DNA of 64,000 nt from Phoronis australis. Taxonomy: Eukaryota > Animalia > Phoronida. A program made the position numbers and the translations under genes. The notes under the pieces were generated by a model that was not told the DNA's origin, searched no databases, and worked only from the letters and a program-made list of their open reading frames with translations. The stretch lies in the NCBI GenBank assembly GCA_002633005.1, contig NMRA01000022.1:362056-426055 (forward strand), written 5' to 3'. This document shows positions 11,106 through 26,100 of the stretch, piece after piece (the first letter of the stretch is position 1; the number at the start of each line of letters is the position of its first letter).

Positions 11106-14100
11106 GTAAGTTTTCCCGAATTGTAAATCACATTTTTCATCATCCCTGCTTCGTATGTCCGCATGGCCTATACTTAGTGTTTTTGTGTAGTATCGGCATA
11201 CAGTCATGTCTGAGGAGTGGAAGCTGCTGAACCGTGTACTTGATAGTGAATTATGGTCGATAAAACAAGACACCATTTGTTATTTGTGCTATTACAACAA
11301 TAAAATATGGGGCAAACACGTTACTGTGGTTTATTGCACAATGCGTCCTGTGCCCTTCTCGCAGCATCCTGCATACTGAATAACAGTCTCCAATCGTGCG
11401 ACACCCGTTTCGTGACAACTTAATTAAAATTTCTCTACTTCTTCAAATCATTATACAGTTAGCTAGCTGTTAGAATTTGGGTCGACATCCTGTTTCTGTA
11501 TCTACGAAATAACGTCTATGGATTCAGTCATCTTTTAACGCAATAGATCGATATTCTCTTGTGGGAATGGTTTCTAAGCGAAAGGCATTTCTAGGTTCGT
11601 CAAAATACTTGGGTAGAGCACAACCGACTGAAAGTTGTGAGGATGGATCGCTTTTTCGTTTGTCTTTTACATTTTCTTCATTAAACTTCCCCTGTCATGA
11701 GATTGCTAAATTATTGACGTGATCATTTCAGTTTTCCACCAGAACTTTTTAAAGCCAAAATACGGTTACACCTAAACTGAAAATGTTACCCTTGGTTACT
11801 AACATTATTTCGGGAACGAATTCTGAGAGTTCAACAGAAATCAGATGATTGTCCCACTGCAACTTAATCTACACAATATTGTTTGCATTACCAAAATAGT
11901 TATTATATCTTTGCTATTATTAAAAACATATTATACGTTTTGCTACTGAGATTGCCCCAGCAGAAACATTCCCTTGCAAAACAAAACGGCTTATAACAGC
12001 TCTAACAAGCTTGTCTTGATATGTGATTATTCCTCATCCCATGATACGGTATCAGCTTGAAATAACGTTTCATACTCATGTTCACGTAAATTCGACCGGA
12101 TATATGGAGAATATTCAATTGGTCGTGTTGTATTGGGCTTGCAAGCCGGGATGAGGTAAATATTTCTGCCATGAAATATTCCTACAAACTTGTCTCCAAA
12201 TTTCGTCACCTGAAATTGAGTCTTTAGGTCCGTGCCACTACCGACTGACCTACAAGTATGAAGAGAAAACGGCATGCGGTGTGCTCACATGGCCCACTAA
12301 GAGCGTACCGCTCGGAAAATTCGGCCTATTTTCATCTTTTCGTTTTCTTTATTGACATGAGAGGTCACGCGCAATTGTTACAAAGCATGTAACTTTTAGA
12401 AGGGTTGACCCACTCTGCCAAAACTGATCACGGCTTTTTGAAAGTCTTGTTTTACTTGTCAAGGCTCTAAGATCTGTTTGGGGATGGGAATAAGGGTTGA
12501 AACATATTTTGCGTGGTTAAGTGGGTTACTTTTTTGCGTTTTAATTGGTTAGATGCTATACATGAAGGCAGCTCTGTCTACACATTTCGATTGTTCGTAC
12601 ACGTATACGAACTTGTGTTGACTTCGCTTTTAAGACAATCGCAGGGCGGCGTAGATAGTTCTCTTAAAGTAGCCTACAACTTCTCCTGAGTCGAACGACA
12701 ATCGAATCTCTCTATTTCAGTCGAAAAATCGAATTCGTCGATCGAAAAGTCTACATGTGTAATCTGAACAATCCGACGAGCCGTATGCAAAAATGGCGGG
12801 AGTATAAAGTCGTACGAAAAAGGGAGTGAGCAGGGAGAAGCATCACGCATGCACTCAAACGCATTTGCTAATTATTTGTAACACCTAATCCAAAACGTAC
12901 CATAGATTTATATATGTATAGTTAGATGCATGGCTGGTCACACGCATGTACAGCCGTATCACCATCAATCACACAAGCATTTCAAGTAAGAGAAATATTT
13001 CTCTACAACATATTCAACCTTGTTCAAGATTACGTGAATATTGTGTTGTACTGCAGTTGGGTCTGATATAACGACGTGTAGTTTGGAGCATTTTTAAATT
13101 TCGTGTATGCTGTACAATGTTATCATGGTTGCTTTATCAAACAAATGTTTTGGCCTAATGGGGGTATCTGTAGCGCACTGTAGGTGCTTTAGCGGGCTAA
13201 GGAAGAGACAGTTGCATCGGATTCGGCTGAAATCATTGAAAAGTCGACGCAAAAACAAGAAAAATCCGAACAGTGCAGCATGAAAAAGCCCGGGAAAGAC
13301 ATAGCAGAAGTTGCGTCGACTGCGAAATACATGTCCGCGTATTAATAGATCCTCTAAATCCCAGTCCCGGACCAGCTACCCGCCCTTTTTGTTTCCCATA
13401 AATAACCCTACTTGGCGATAAAGCCGAATAATTCCTTCGATTTGCCTTCTGATCAGACGTATTCTTCTTCTTATCAAAACATTTGCTGCCTATCCGATTA
13501 TGTTATAACAACAACAGTAAATACATCGCACAATCGCATACACGAGATAAGTCACAACCGGTNTATTATTAAAAACATATTACATGTTTTGCTACCGAGA
13601 TTGCCCCAGCAGAAACATTCCCTTGCAAAACAAAACGGCTTATAACAGCTCTAACAAGCTTGTCTTGATATGTGATTATTCCTCATCCCATGATACGGTA
13701 TCAGCTTGATAGCACGTTTCATACTCATGTTCACGTAAATTCGAACGGATGTATGAAGAATATTCAATTGGTCATGTTGTATTGGGCTTTCAAGCCGGGA
13801 TGAGGTAAATATTTCTGCCATGAAATATTCCTACAAACTTGTCTCCAAATTTCGTCACCTGAAATTGAGTCTTTAGGTCCGCGCCACTACCGACTGACCT
13901 ACAAGTATGAAGAGAACACGGCATGCGGTGTGCTTACATGACTCACTAAGAGCGTACCGCTCGGAAAATTCGGTCTATTTTCATCTTCCTTCGTTTTCTT
14001 TATTGACAAGAGAGGTCACGTGCAATTGTTACAAAGCATGCAACTTTTAGAAGGGTTGACCCACTCTGCCAAAACTGATCACGGCTTTTTGAAAGTCTTG

Positions 14101-17100
14101 TTTTACTTGTCAAGGCTCTAAGATCTGTTTGGGGATGGGAATAAGGGTTGAAACATATTTTGCTTGGTTAAGTGGGTTACTTTTCTGCGGTTAGATGCTA
14201 TACATGAAGGCAGCTCTGTCTACTCATTTCGATCATTGTTCGTACACGTATACGAACTTGTGTCGACTTCGCTTTTACGACAATCTCAGCGGGGCGGCGT
14301 AGATAGTTCTCTTAAAGTAGCCTACAATTTCTCCTGAGTCGAACGAAAATCGAATCTCACTATTTCAGTCGACAAATCGAATTCGTCGATCGAAAAGTCT
14401 ACATGTGTAATCTGAACAATCCGACGAGCCGTATGCAAAAATGGCGGGAGTATAAAGTCGTGCGAAAAAGGGAGTGAGCAGGGAGAAGCATCACGCATGC
14501 ACTCAAACGCATTTGCTAATTATTTGTAACACCTAATCCAAAACGTACCATAGATTTATATATGTATAGTTAGATGCATGGCTGGTCACACGCATGTACA
14601 GCCGTATCACCATCAATCACACAAGCATTTCAAGTAAGAGAAATATTTCTTTACAACATATTCAACCTCGTTCAAGATTACGTGAATATTGTGTTGTACT
14701 GCAATCGGGTCTGATATAACGACATGTAGTTTGTAGCATTTTTAAATTTCGTGTATGCTGTACAATGTTATCATAGTTGCTTTATCAAACAAATGTTTTG
14801 GCCTAATGGGGGTATCTGTAGCGCACTGTAGGTGCTTTAGCGGGCTAAGGAAGAGACAGTTGCATCGGATTCGGCTGAAATGATTGAAAAGTCGACGCAA
14901 AAACAAGAAAAGACCGAACAGTGCAGCATGAAAAAGCCCGGGAAAGACATAGCAAAAGTTGCGTCGACTGCGAAACACATGTCTGCGTATTAATAGATCC
15001 TCTAAATCCCAGTCCCGGACCAGCTACCCGCCCTTTTTGTTTCCCATAAATAACCCTACTTGGCGATAAAGCCGAATAATTCCTTCGATTTGCCTTCTGA
15101 TCAGACGTATTCTTCTTCTTATCAAAACATTTGCTGCCTATCCGATTATGTTATAACAACAACAGTAAATACACCGCACAATCGCATACACGAGATAAGT
15201 CACAACCGGTGTAGGGTTCATTACTCTATGATACTAAAATTTTCCTTAATGAATTTTGCCTGTTATGTACAAATCTTGCAATATAACGATTCTTCAATTA
15301 ATTTTTATTTGGAGGAATCTCTATCATTCGACCCTCAAAGTCTATACGTGATAATTTGCCCCGTTGCTCTGAGATACTAAATTTTCCTCAGCAATTTTTG
15401 CTTGTTATGTGCAAATCTTGCAATAAATCGATTCTTCAATGAATTTTTATTACTATTAAATATTAGAGGAATCTCTATCATTCGACCCTCAAAGTCTATA
15501 CATGATAATTTGCCAATCCGAGGAACGTTCTCGAAAATCGACTCAAAATTTCACCGATCGTATTAACACATTTTCAAATTTGTACTCGAACAGGCAGCGT
15601 TTCCAGCCCCGGAGTAACTTTTAAGGCGTTGAAATTTCGGTGCATTTTGACGTACTAGACTGATAAAATTTGTAAAAAATCTATATAATATGTCATTCAC
15701 ATGCATCTATGGGCAGTTACCCTCATATTCGACGGGAACTAACGGTGAACATTTGGGCCCAAACAGGAAAAAAGTTAATGACATGGAAGCACCCAATGGA
15801 ACATCACGGGAAAGACAGTAGCGGGAACCAAGCAAAAGGCATAGCAGAGAACGTCAGATTATCAAGAAATTTGTTACTTTAGAAAACCACAAAACATCTT
15901 TAATGCAACGTAATGGTGCACGCTGTAAAGGAACTGCTAACTTGGTGCAATGCGAGACTGGCTTATTCACTGGTATCAGAATCGGATTGAAGAAAGTCTG
16001 CCCCAAAGACTGCGATTTGTAAAGCGTACTTATCAAAACAAGATACCTGATGCAGCTTTAATAACAAACTTTACACAAGAATCCTGAGAACGGTTTTAGC
16101 ATTTGCGAAGCGGGATTTTGTGTTGCCCGTACACACGTTCATCCGAACTTTGGAATACAGACAGCCTACCACTGGAGGGCAAAAGAACTCGCGTTAATGC
16201 ACCTAAATTTTGAATTTTTATGGCCGTAGCCCCAAACTTCCGGATGGGCGGAAATGCAGTCTCCCATGTTTTTCTGGTTGCCCATTTGACGTACGTGTAC
16301 GCATTCTTTCACTGATCGCCCTAGAAACTCAATGGAAAGCTGGCGAGCCAACTATAACTTGCACAAAAATCGACAGGCGTGCAATCCGGGGGGAACTCCC
16401 ATTGAAGAGATTTCCGGACGTGTCGCTCAGAAGGGTATTTTTTCAACATTTTTTCCATATGAATTGATGGTGCCTTTTAAACGAAATTCGTTACGAACAG
16501 GTAGCCTTTACGACAGGGTTCACTTTGTGAGTTCGTAACTACATAAAAAGCCCCTTTACATAAGGTTTTTTCAATGTGTCTATATTTTTCAAAACTTTTG
16601 TTGCAAAATATGTACTCATTTTTTGCATGTGACATCTATTGTTGTACTGTTTCAGGCTTAATTGACGAGTTAGAAATGCACCTGTCCAACAATCCCTACG
16701 AAATCGTTGTTTGTGGAATTTAACAAAAAGCGGCGTTTCTGAACAAAACTCCACGAAAGATGGTGCCATTGTTAAGAAGGCTACCTACAAATTGGTTCTT
16801 TTTACAGCCCACCCTCTAAATGGTCGGGTGTCATATTTTCCAACTGCAACCCCCCATCAATAGTATAGTCAAACATCGCCGACTGCGCTGCATGTGTGTA
16901 TCGTGGGCTGAGATGCATGTGGTGATTCATAGGGTCAAAGTCAAATCGATTTTTCCGCACTCATTCATTAAGTTGTGATCGGTGCACGTACTAGAAGCGG
17001 CAAGAAAATCCGAAATAACCCACCTTCATAGTGGACGATCATTGGCAATTAAAGAGCATTTCAGTGACATTTTGGTGCAAGTTAAAGACAGGGCAAATCT

Positions 17101-20100
17101 GTATCATTCAGTCTCTCCAAGCAGCGAAATCCAGTTTTGCTAATTCTGAAATAACTCAACGAAACTAGGGTTCCAATGAATAGGTGAATTTCGGGCATAT
17201 AGCATTCTTCCTCCTAACTAAACAGCAAAGCCCAAAATAGACAAGCCTTTGATCCTTTAGTCTTGCGATATGCTGAAAATCGATTTTCAGCTGCAGTACA
17301 AACTCAAAGACAGCACTAATAATGTTCTGCTGAAGTTCACTGGACAAAGTGAATGTATATATTATTATTGGAAAGCTGAAACCAACTTCATTTAATGAAA
17401 TTTAACAAAAGCACCATTGCTGGCCGCTCGGTCTTGCCCCCGGCCGAACTGAAATTGTGACCCTATCAGATGTAAACTTATATTTGCTTCTTATTACGTG
17501 TCGAATTTCAAGGTCCTGTGAATGTTCAATTGTTGAACATTGCTTTCAATGTCAAATAACTGTCAAATTAGTTTTCCTGTGTAAATTTTCCGAACGTATA
17601 TTCGGTAGTCCATTTAAACAGAATCTTTTGTATCGTTTTATCACCTTCACGAAGCCCTCACTCAAAAACTCTCGCGAAGGATTAATCATGTACAATGCTT
17701 GGGACACTATGACAGAAAGCAAACTGTCGCATTTGCAGATTTAGCCAGTGATAGAGGTCTGAACAAAACAAAAAATTTAAACAATACGCGTGTCCTCAAA
17801 TATTGCAACAGCAAACAGATGCACGATGTTTACTCACGTGACCCAGCAAGAGAAGGGCCACTTTGGTCTATAACGAAGAGATATGACATAAAAATTACAG
17901 CTAGCGTGAAATTCTAACAGCAAACAATATGCTGTGTATTCTAAAATAGCTCACAAAATTCCCGGTAGCACCTGGGAAACAAATGACCCTCGCAACGTTT
18001 ATTGGGCGGGTGGGTATGGTTTCGTTTTCCAGTTCAAGAAATTTGCAATGCTGTAAAAGTACTGACACCAAATGCATATTTCGCTGCTTTTGAAAAATAC
18101 GAACAATCAAAAAACACAGCCACAAACAACATAGGTGTTGGAATGATAAGCAACGGTTTTTCAACCAAAACTGTACTTTTATTGATATATTTATTATTTA
18201 TTCTCACTCGTTCCATAGAAAATGCACTCCCATGCCTGGGCCAAAATGAGCATTGGTACGTTTGGGTGAAGATGTACCCTGTTTGCGGGTATCCAAGTAC
18301 ATGCGTCGATACTTGAAACAACGCATCAGATTTTTTGCTCGATTTCGTATTTTGGCGCACTGATGTGCCTGATCGTCCACTATCCCATGTCTGTGTGCCT
18401 TTTGTCCTTTCGTAGGACTTCATTTTAACAGTTTATCTTCAACTGAATAGAAATTAACATTTGTAACGCGTCAGTCAAGTTTCATTGACGTTCTATTAAA
18501 AAAATCGCTCCTTGGTTTTTGCTCATTATGCTCTGATATTTCGCACCATGCGCATAATGCGCCTAATTGCGGATATAAGCGGAACCAATTACAGGCACAT
18601 GGAACTGCATTTGCATGCACAGTATGGTTTTATAACCTAACATGTTTTCAAATGTCAGTTTTGAATCCAATCCGCCAACGGCAGTTCCAATTTCAAATAG
18701 TAACTTAAATACAACTGCTGGTTGGGGAATGGAAAGACACGTTTTCTCAGCTAAAAATCCCGATGTCAGCATACTGCAACATCAACTAAGGCCAGCAGAG
18801 CGGCCTACAGTAAGATTCATTTTTCCGCCTGAGGTGTTTCTCTGCATGTTCTTGAACCATAACAGCCATCTTACGCGTATTTCATTCACAGTTCAACATC
18901 CTCTTCATGCTTGGTCACAAAAGACCTTTTCATTCAGGAGTACCTGAAGTTGCATAATGACAACTACAGGTACTTGACAGCATTCCAACTGTTACTGTCA
19001 AAAGACTGTATTCACCGGTAAATTCCACCCCACGTAACAAGAAGTTACACAGCCGATATTGGACCAAATACCGTAAAAGGAAACTGAAACTCGAGTCCTG
19101 TACCCAAGTTCCGGTATTGAATTTTAGTCCCCAGGAATAGGGTAATTTCGGTAATTAGTCGCGGTTTTGGTAGTCCCGGGCCGGAGTTCGGGTTTATGGA
19201 ATCGAAGCTGGAATTTGGAAGCGCAATCAGCACGTTGGATAGTTTAAACGAAAAGAACAAAGAATGAACAAACGCCACACAGAGAATATTAAAGACACGC
19301 ACATGAGAATATTGAAGCAGCGTGAAGTCGCATGCCCTTTTACGCGAAAACATTGAAAAAAATTACTTCTGATATCTTGGCATGTGGGTCTGAAAACGCG
19401 TACATGTAGGGTACTCATGTCCTCACTGCATGTGTTCACTGCATACAGTAAAAACAGAGAGAAGATCCATGCGCGCACCCAGCCTAAAATATGGGAGGTT
19501 CGAATTTTTGAGAATATGGATATTTTACTAAAAAGGGTACGTTCAGTGCTATGAATTGTGCATTCGCCGAATTTTGGTAGTTCTTGCCTTGTTAGTGGAC
19601 CTTTGTTTTCTAATTTTTCTGACTTTTTGGTTCTCTAAGGCAGACCGTTTTGCCCACTTCGCCAAATGGGGCTCGTTCGAGCCCCCCGAGCCCCCCCCCG
19701 GGTGCGCGCATGGAATCTGTGTATATCGTTGTTGGCGAAAAAATGTACAACGGCAAACCAGAATGATAGGAGGCATATTTTTTTACAAGGCTCACTTAAA
19801 GGCGAACTCGGTGATGCTATGGATTTTTATTGCTACTGATGCATGTTATTTTTCATCCTATGTTCATTACAGAAACGGTAGAAAGCAGAAAGTGTCATGA
19901 AAAGTTCTCTGCCCTTACGACGTTCTACAATGACGGCACTACACACTCGGCATGCTTAGACGCCGCAGCGACTGTTACCAAATCAGGTAAACCAGTTAGA
20001 TTAAATTTTATCCTTGGAAGGGGGAATCCGTTCAAAAACCGGATTCGCCTAATGCACTTGCCGGCAGTTGCCGTGCGTCAAATTCCAGTTAAAAAACCAA

Positions 20101-23100
20101 CGACATCGACCAATCACTTCAGTAGTTATTTGGTCCATAGACTGCTAGTATGACTTCGAACACATGCTCGAGAAACACTCGCCCTCTAGGCCTACTCGCG
20201 TGAATTTACGACGTCTTCCTCTCGTCACCAGAAACATGGTACACGGAACGCGGTCTATTGATCAGTGCCTAACGTGAGCTTATTTTTTGCGAGTTTGGCG
20301 ATATCACGCGAGTTTTCGTCCTACATTCGCTGTATTATTTCTCAAACTCAGTAAACTCATGTGTATGGCACTTGATTCTAGACTACATTTTCACTGTGCA
20401 GACATCTAATCGACTAGTGTTGAAGTTGCTTTGGAAGTAAAGAGCATACGCCTGCGAAGAAAGTTTACGTCTTTACTACCAGAATATGCGCCTCTGTGTT
20501 TATGGATTAAATCGGCTTCAGAGAAATGAATCTATGAAGTGAAATATGTTTTCAGGCATCTCAGAGGCTGATAAGACCTCAATTGTTAACAAACACAACG
20601 ACTACCGCAGCAGTGTAGCCGCAACGTACAAAGCTGCCAACATGCAGAAGATGGTGAGTAGCACGTGACGCGTTCAGGAGCCGTACTAATGACTAATGAT
20701 AGAGACGTCTTACACGCAAAGTATTGTGCGAATGGGATAGCGATCATCTCTAGCACCACCACCAGATGTAGATCTGTAGAGTTCATTCAATGTGACAACC
20801 AGCGGGGGTTTAATTTATCATAGAGAATAAACAGGCAACATTTTTCCAAAATCAATTGGCAGCTTACGTAGAAGACGGTCGCCCGAGTGACCTTTCTGTT
20901 TGCTGGACAAGACGCATTTCCACAAATCAATTCAATGGGATGCGCACGCACCAATTTCCGCTATCCGTGAATTGGTCAACGAAATCTAACTCTTATTACT
21001 GGTCGCGTAACACCACTGAAGTGGAACTCATATCACGAGAGCAACTCCTTACACTCTCCACAAAACATCTAGCATGCCCGGCTTTTTCATGTACACAAAA
21101 CGTACCGTTACCGCAGACAAAATAATGTTTATGTAGTAAGTGTTAATTTTCTTTGAGGATGACAAGAATTATTGTCGTGTGAAGTGGATTATGATGGCTT
21201 ATAATTTCGGTCGTCGTTAAACGGTTAATGACAAACCCGAGACACTTTCGCTGGGTACGCAAACACTAAAAATAGTCCTCAAACATACAGTCGTCTGAAA
21301 TTCAAGCTTTCAGAGAAATATTTCCAAGCAAAAATTACTTTCCACAGTTATGCGCACACGAATTAGCTGCACGTGGAATTCATTTTTATTGCGTTTTTTG
21401 TGCACGACTTTCAGTACTGGGATGACGAGATAGCAACCATTGCCCAGGTGTACGCGGAGAAGTGTGAATTCAAACATGACAAGGGCTGGGCAAGAAGCAT
21501 TCCAGGTAACATCTACAGAATATAGTTATTGCCCTTCTTCTTCTTGTTATTATTATACTATTAGTACAGAATTTATTTAATGGCAAGACTTATAAAAGAT
21601 ATGTTTTCAGAGTCCGCACTGTGCATACATCATACATTATCAAATGCTCGCTGGTTCCCTGAGTGTAGAAATCACACGCAGGTACTATTCACGCGCTTTA
21701 TCATTGGTTGATGTAACCTTGGCAGTCATTGGTTAGCTTTGAAGAAAGAGAAAATGGCGAACTATGAACGATTTTTAGCCTTGTCATGCAAGTGGCGTAG
21801 CACCAACTATTTCGTTTCTGCAGTAATGTTTAACAGCCCCGTGCTTGAAGCACATACATGTACAATAAACACTATAATCACAATTTTCTGGGATTCACAT
21901 TTCTTAAACACCGACTTGTCTGTACAACTGACCACAGTTACACTTCTCCATCAGTGATGCCAGTTTGTTTGCGTAAAGCGCTACCTGTTGACAATACGAT
22001 CAGCCAATCAGAAACGCCGGTGTAAAAAATTCCCCGAGGAAAATTAAATGATACCTGCGTGCTCGCTACCACCTAGCGACACGCAGGGAACCAGCGAGTG
22101 TCAAATGCTGCTGCCAGAACTAATAACAGTTGTGCCGACCTCCTACACATATGTGATCATGCAGTTGCCCTGCACGGATCAATGAGAATCATTTGTGACA
22201 CAGTATTAAAGATATTTCTACATTAAATCTTTGTCAATCAAACACCAGGGATAATTGAAATAAGTTACAGAATTACCTAAAAGTACAGTACGTCACGCGC
22301 AAGTCCGACAGAATCAGATTAACATCGACACTTACACAATCATCTGGTATAATTGGAATTATGACATCTTTGTTGATATCCCCTACGTATAATATAATTC
22401 TTCGTTTATCATTGACTAATTTATAACATACAAAGGCAGGTTATTCTGATCTATGTCCTAGATGAACAAAAACGATGTCATAATGAACACGTTATGTTCG
22501 ATATTAATCGCGCATTGTGTTTCTTTTATTATGTCACACATAATCGTGTGATAGATACCTGCGTCCGTGGACACACATTTTCTAAAGTTAGAAATTCAAA
22601 ACCATCTCGGAAAACATGTTAGTGAATTAACACAAAATAATTTATTATTGTACATCGTATTAACGAAACCCCGGGCAATTTGCAATTACAGGAAGATTTG
22701 GTCTTGGTCAAAACCTGGCCGCTGGCTATAACGACTGGACGACTGCAATCAAAGGGTGGTATGACGAGATTAAGGACTTCACCTATGGGTCGTCAGGAAA
22801 TGTCTTCAGCAAAATCGGTCACTTCACTCAGGTAATTTTTTGTTGTACACAATTAAATCTTCCTGCGCGTCTGAAGAAGGATGTACTAGTTCAGATAACT
22901 ACTTCGTCGTTTAACTGTTTCTTTGTTTACACGAATACATTGCTGAAGGTATACTATTATTTGAAATTTCCACTAAAAGATTCACACAGGGACGTGAACG
23001 TTAACTTGAATGGGCACTCCCACTTGTGTCTTTTGTCGTCTGCTGCCTTCTTAAAGTACGGGCTCACGAATCAGGCTGTTGATGGTAACTTTATTGACAT

Positions 23101-26100
23101 CGCAATGCCCGTACGCGAAAACACTGTTATACAAAAACACCTACCGGAAAAGCAAGAGTTATAACTTTTTATCCTGATTCTATCACTTACAGGTCACAGC
23201 GGCGCCTTCCGCAAAGATTGGATGTGGTTATGCCGAGTGTTCAAACCTGAGCTACAAGAAACTGTACGTGTGCAACTACGGAACACCGTGAGTGATTGTT
23301 TTTATTTTGTCTCCAAGAAGAGATGAAAGAAAAAATGCACTTTTATGCGTTGTTTACTTGCCGTCAGTTGTGACGGCAGGTCGGGACTTCTAATCTGACG
23401 GGGCTGTTGAAAAAGAATTCACACTATAAGTCAAACGTCTGATCTCCTTTCTTATCTTCCGAGTCGCAATCAGACGGTAGACCTGTGACAAGAAGACTAC
23501 AGTTCTATGACGCAATAGGGCCGAATTACACGGCGATAGAACTCTCCTTTGTCCAAGAGATAACAAAGCGCGTGACATTCTCGTGTCTCTCATTAATGTC
23601 GGGAAGGCGAAGAATTTCAGATCCTACATCCACGGGTATTTGTCCAGTTTATCAATTTTTCACGTCGGAGTTGCAGCCCACAGCACAGAAGTAATACATC
23701 GTTGGCATTGGAAAGACGAATGGAGTAATGTAACCGAGAAAAACTTGTAAAGAATCAGCTAGACAACAACAAATAACATGCGAAATTCCAGTGGCACCAA
23801 AACTTGGCAGCAAATGTGCCTGACGAATGTTTATGGCGTTGTGGGTGGAAACAGCGAGATTCGAGTGTCGCTGTGAAACCCGGGACGGTCGATCCTATTG
23901 TGCAGTGTCGCTGTGGTCGCACTTGGTTTGCCGGAATATGAAGGTTTCAGGCATGAATATTACGGTACGCTGATTACTCGTAAGACTGATGGAAAGTTTT
24001 AGTGAAACCCCGTTTTCTGCGGCTGGTCTGCCTACAAGTACTAAACTACACTATGCCCACTTCTCGATTTCCCTAACTAGCATGCGCGCACCCAGCCTTT
24101 AATATGGGGGTGGGGGCTCGAATCTCTGACAAAGTGGACCTTTTGCTAACAAAAAAAGCGGGAGGACTAAATAAAAACTGTGCGTCTGCGCCTCATTTTA
24201 GTGGACTTATGTCTCGTTTTCTCGGAATTTTTGTTTCTCTGAGGCGGACCTTTTTACCCACTTCGCCAAATGGGGGGTGCTCGTTCGTGCGCCCCGAGCC
24301 CCCCTGGGTGCGCGCATGCAGTTTACCCACATTTAGGTCTAAAATGCACGAATTTTTAAAACGAGTGGTTCTTTTCACATCGACTTCACACAATAGGGCG
24401 GTCCTGGATTACACAGCGACACTTAAATTTCGCAGTATTCACCTGAGTACAATGCTGCAACATTCGTCAAAGCAGGCCCTATAGTTTCGTTTTCGCGCCA
24501 TTGGAGTTTGTTATGTTATTGATTGGTTTCTTGCGATTCTTTTTCTACTGCATTAATGGCATTTAACTTTTCAATGCTAGTGATGTTTTACTGCTGTGCG
24601 GTTGCCGGTGGAAACTCCGACGGCAGAATGTTTGATAAACTTAAATATCCATGGATGCGATATCTTCCAACAGTATTCCTAGTATCAGACCAATATTTCG
24701 AAAACGAGACCTTTGTAACAACGCACTTCCTCCCCCCACCGGTCCTGTAAGTCATCCATCTTGCGCAATCAGTTTTTTATGCCTCAGAAACGTCGTTAGA
24801 ATCACTGCAACGACTGATGAAAGTTTTCGCACGTGGCGTGAATGCTGAGCTATCTATCGTGAACTGGAACCTCGTCTAGTTTTGTAGGTCACCAGACCTC
24901 AACAACTGTGAGGAACAAGTGAGGTTACATTGTACATCACAGACTTTTGTCATGAGTTTTGTGTATGAATTCTCTGCAGGGGTAATGTTGGCTCCGCGGT
25001 CAACTCGCCTTGGAAATCTGGTAGCAAAGCATGCGAAGACTGTCCAACTTCCTGTTCAAATAATCTCTGTGGTGAGTGACGACCTGTAAACGATTTTAAA
25101 AAGAACACAACTCCGTTACATCAACACCCATGCTGCAACGGTTGTTATTAGCATTAGTAACACAAAGAAGACAAAAACTAACCCACCCGCAAAATATCAC
25201 TCTTGAGGTTTTAGGCGGCCACTTTGCAACATGAACATGATTTTCTCAGACCAATGCGTTACTAACGCTTGTCTACTTACGTTTTGTTTTGAGTTGTCAA
25301 ACTTGTTCCAAACTTTCGAAGATTTGCCGTGCCCACACTAAAGTATTTTGCTCTCAGCGATTCTACGGGCCCACATCTTGCAGCTTTTAACACATTTTAG
25401 TTAGTTAAAGGTGTTCACGAGTTTTGCAAAAAAAAAAACGAAAATAAAATCGTTTTGTGGGACCTGTGCAAAATTTTTATACGAAACTTTACAACCAGGT
25501 CAAATGTGTAACGTAGTTTCAACTTCTCGGAATATCTTTTAAAAACACAGTTTGTTTGTCTTTACATGAGATCGTTTTTGCCATACATTATGCGATGATG
25601 GAACGGTTGCACTAACATGTTTTCATCTATTTTGAACAATTTTAGTCGAATATACACTTATCATAGACTACGTGTACATCCACACAATTTTTCAAGACTA
25701 TTTTTGCAAGTATCTTCTTTGTGTAGTTTAAAAGAACTCTGCTTTTACGATAAGTGATGGTCATGTGTTTTCAGCAGAAACTACTCATTGTCAACCTTTC
25801 CAACCGATGCTCCTAATTTCAGTCAGTGTGTCGAATATTAACCACGGTAGTCAAAGTGAAACCTTGCTGTAATGATCGAATAATACGTTTATTGAAAACC
25901 TGTATTCTTTTACATACACAGTATGGGTTACGCCATCTTGGAATCCTCAATCTCCAGAGGTACCAATAGGTGGCAGCACCTTACAGACCGTGCAACATCA
26001 CACTTGCCAATTTTACACAATAACAAAAACGGATTTTGCGAGTTCCGTGAAACATTACGTTTTTATCTGTAGGGAAATTGGTGCGCTTCGGGAAGAACAT

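Noticed and set aside
18143-18255. Signal-peptide-like ORF MISNGFSTKTVLLLIYLLFILTRS as CAP exon 1
   Set aside because: Its hydrophobicity comes from a T-rich tract, and its donor is phase 2, creating TGA when joined to 19873. Exon 11048-11105 fits better.
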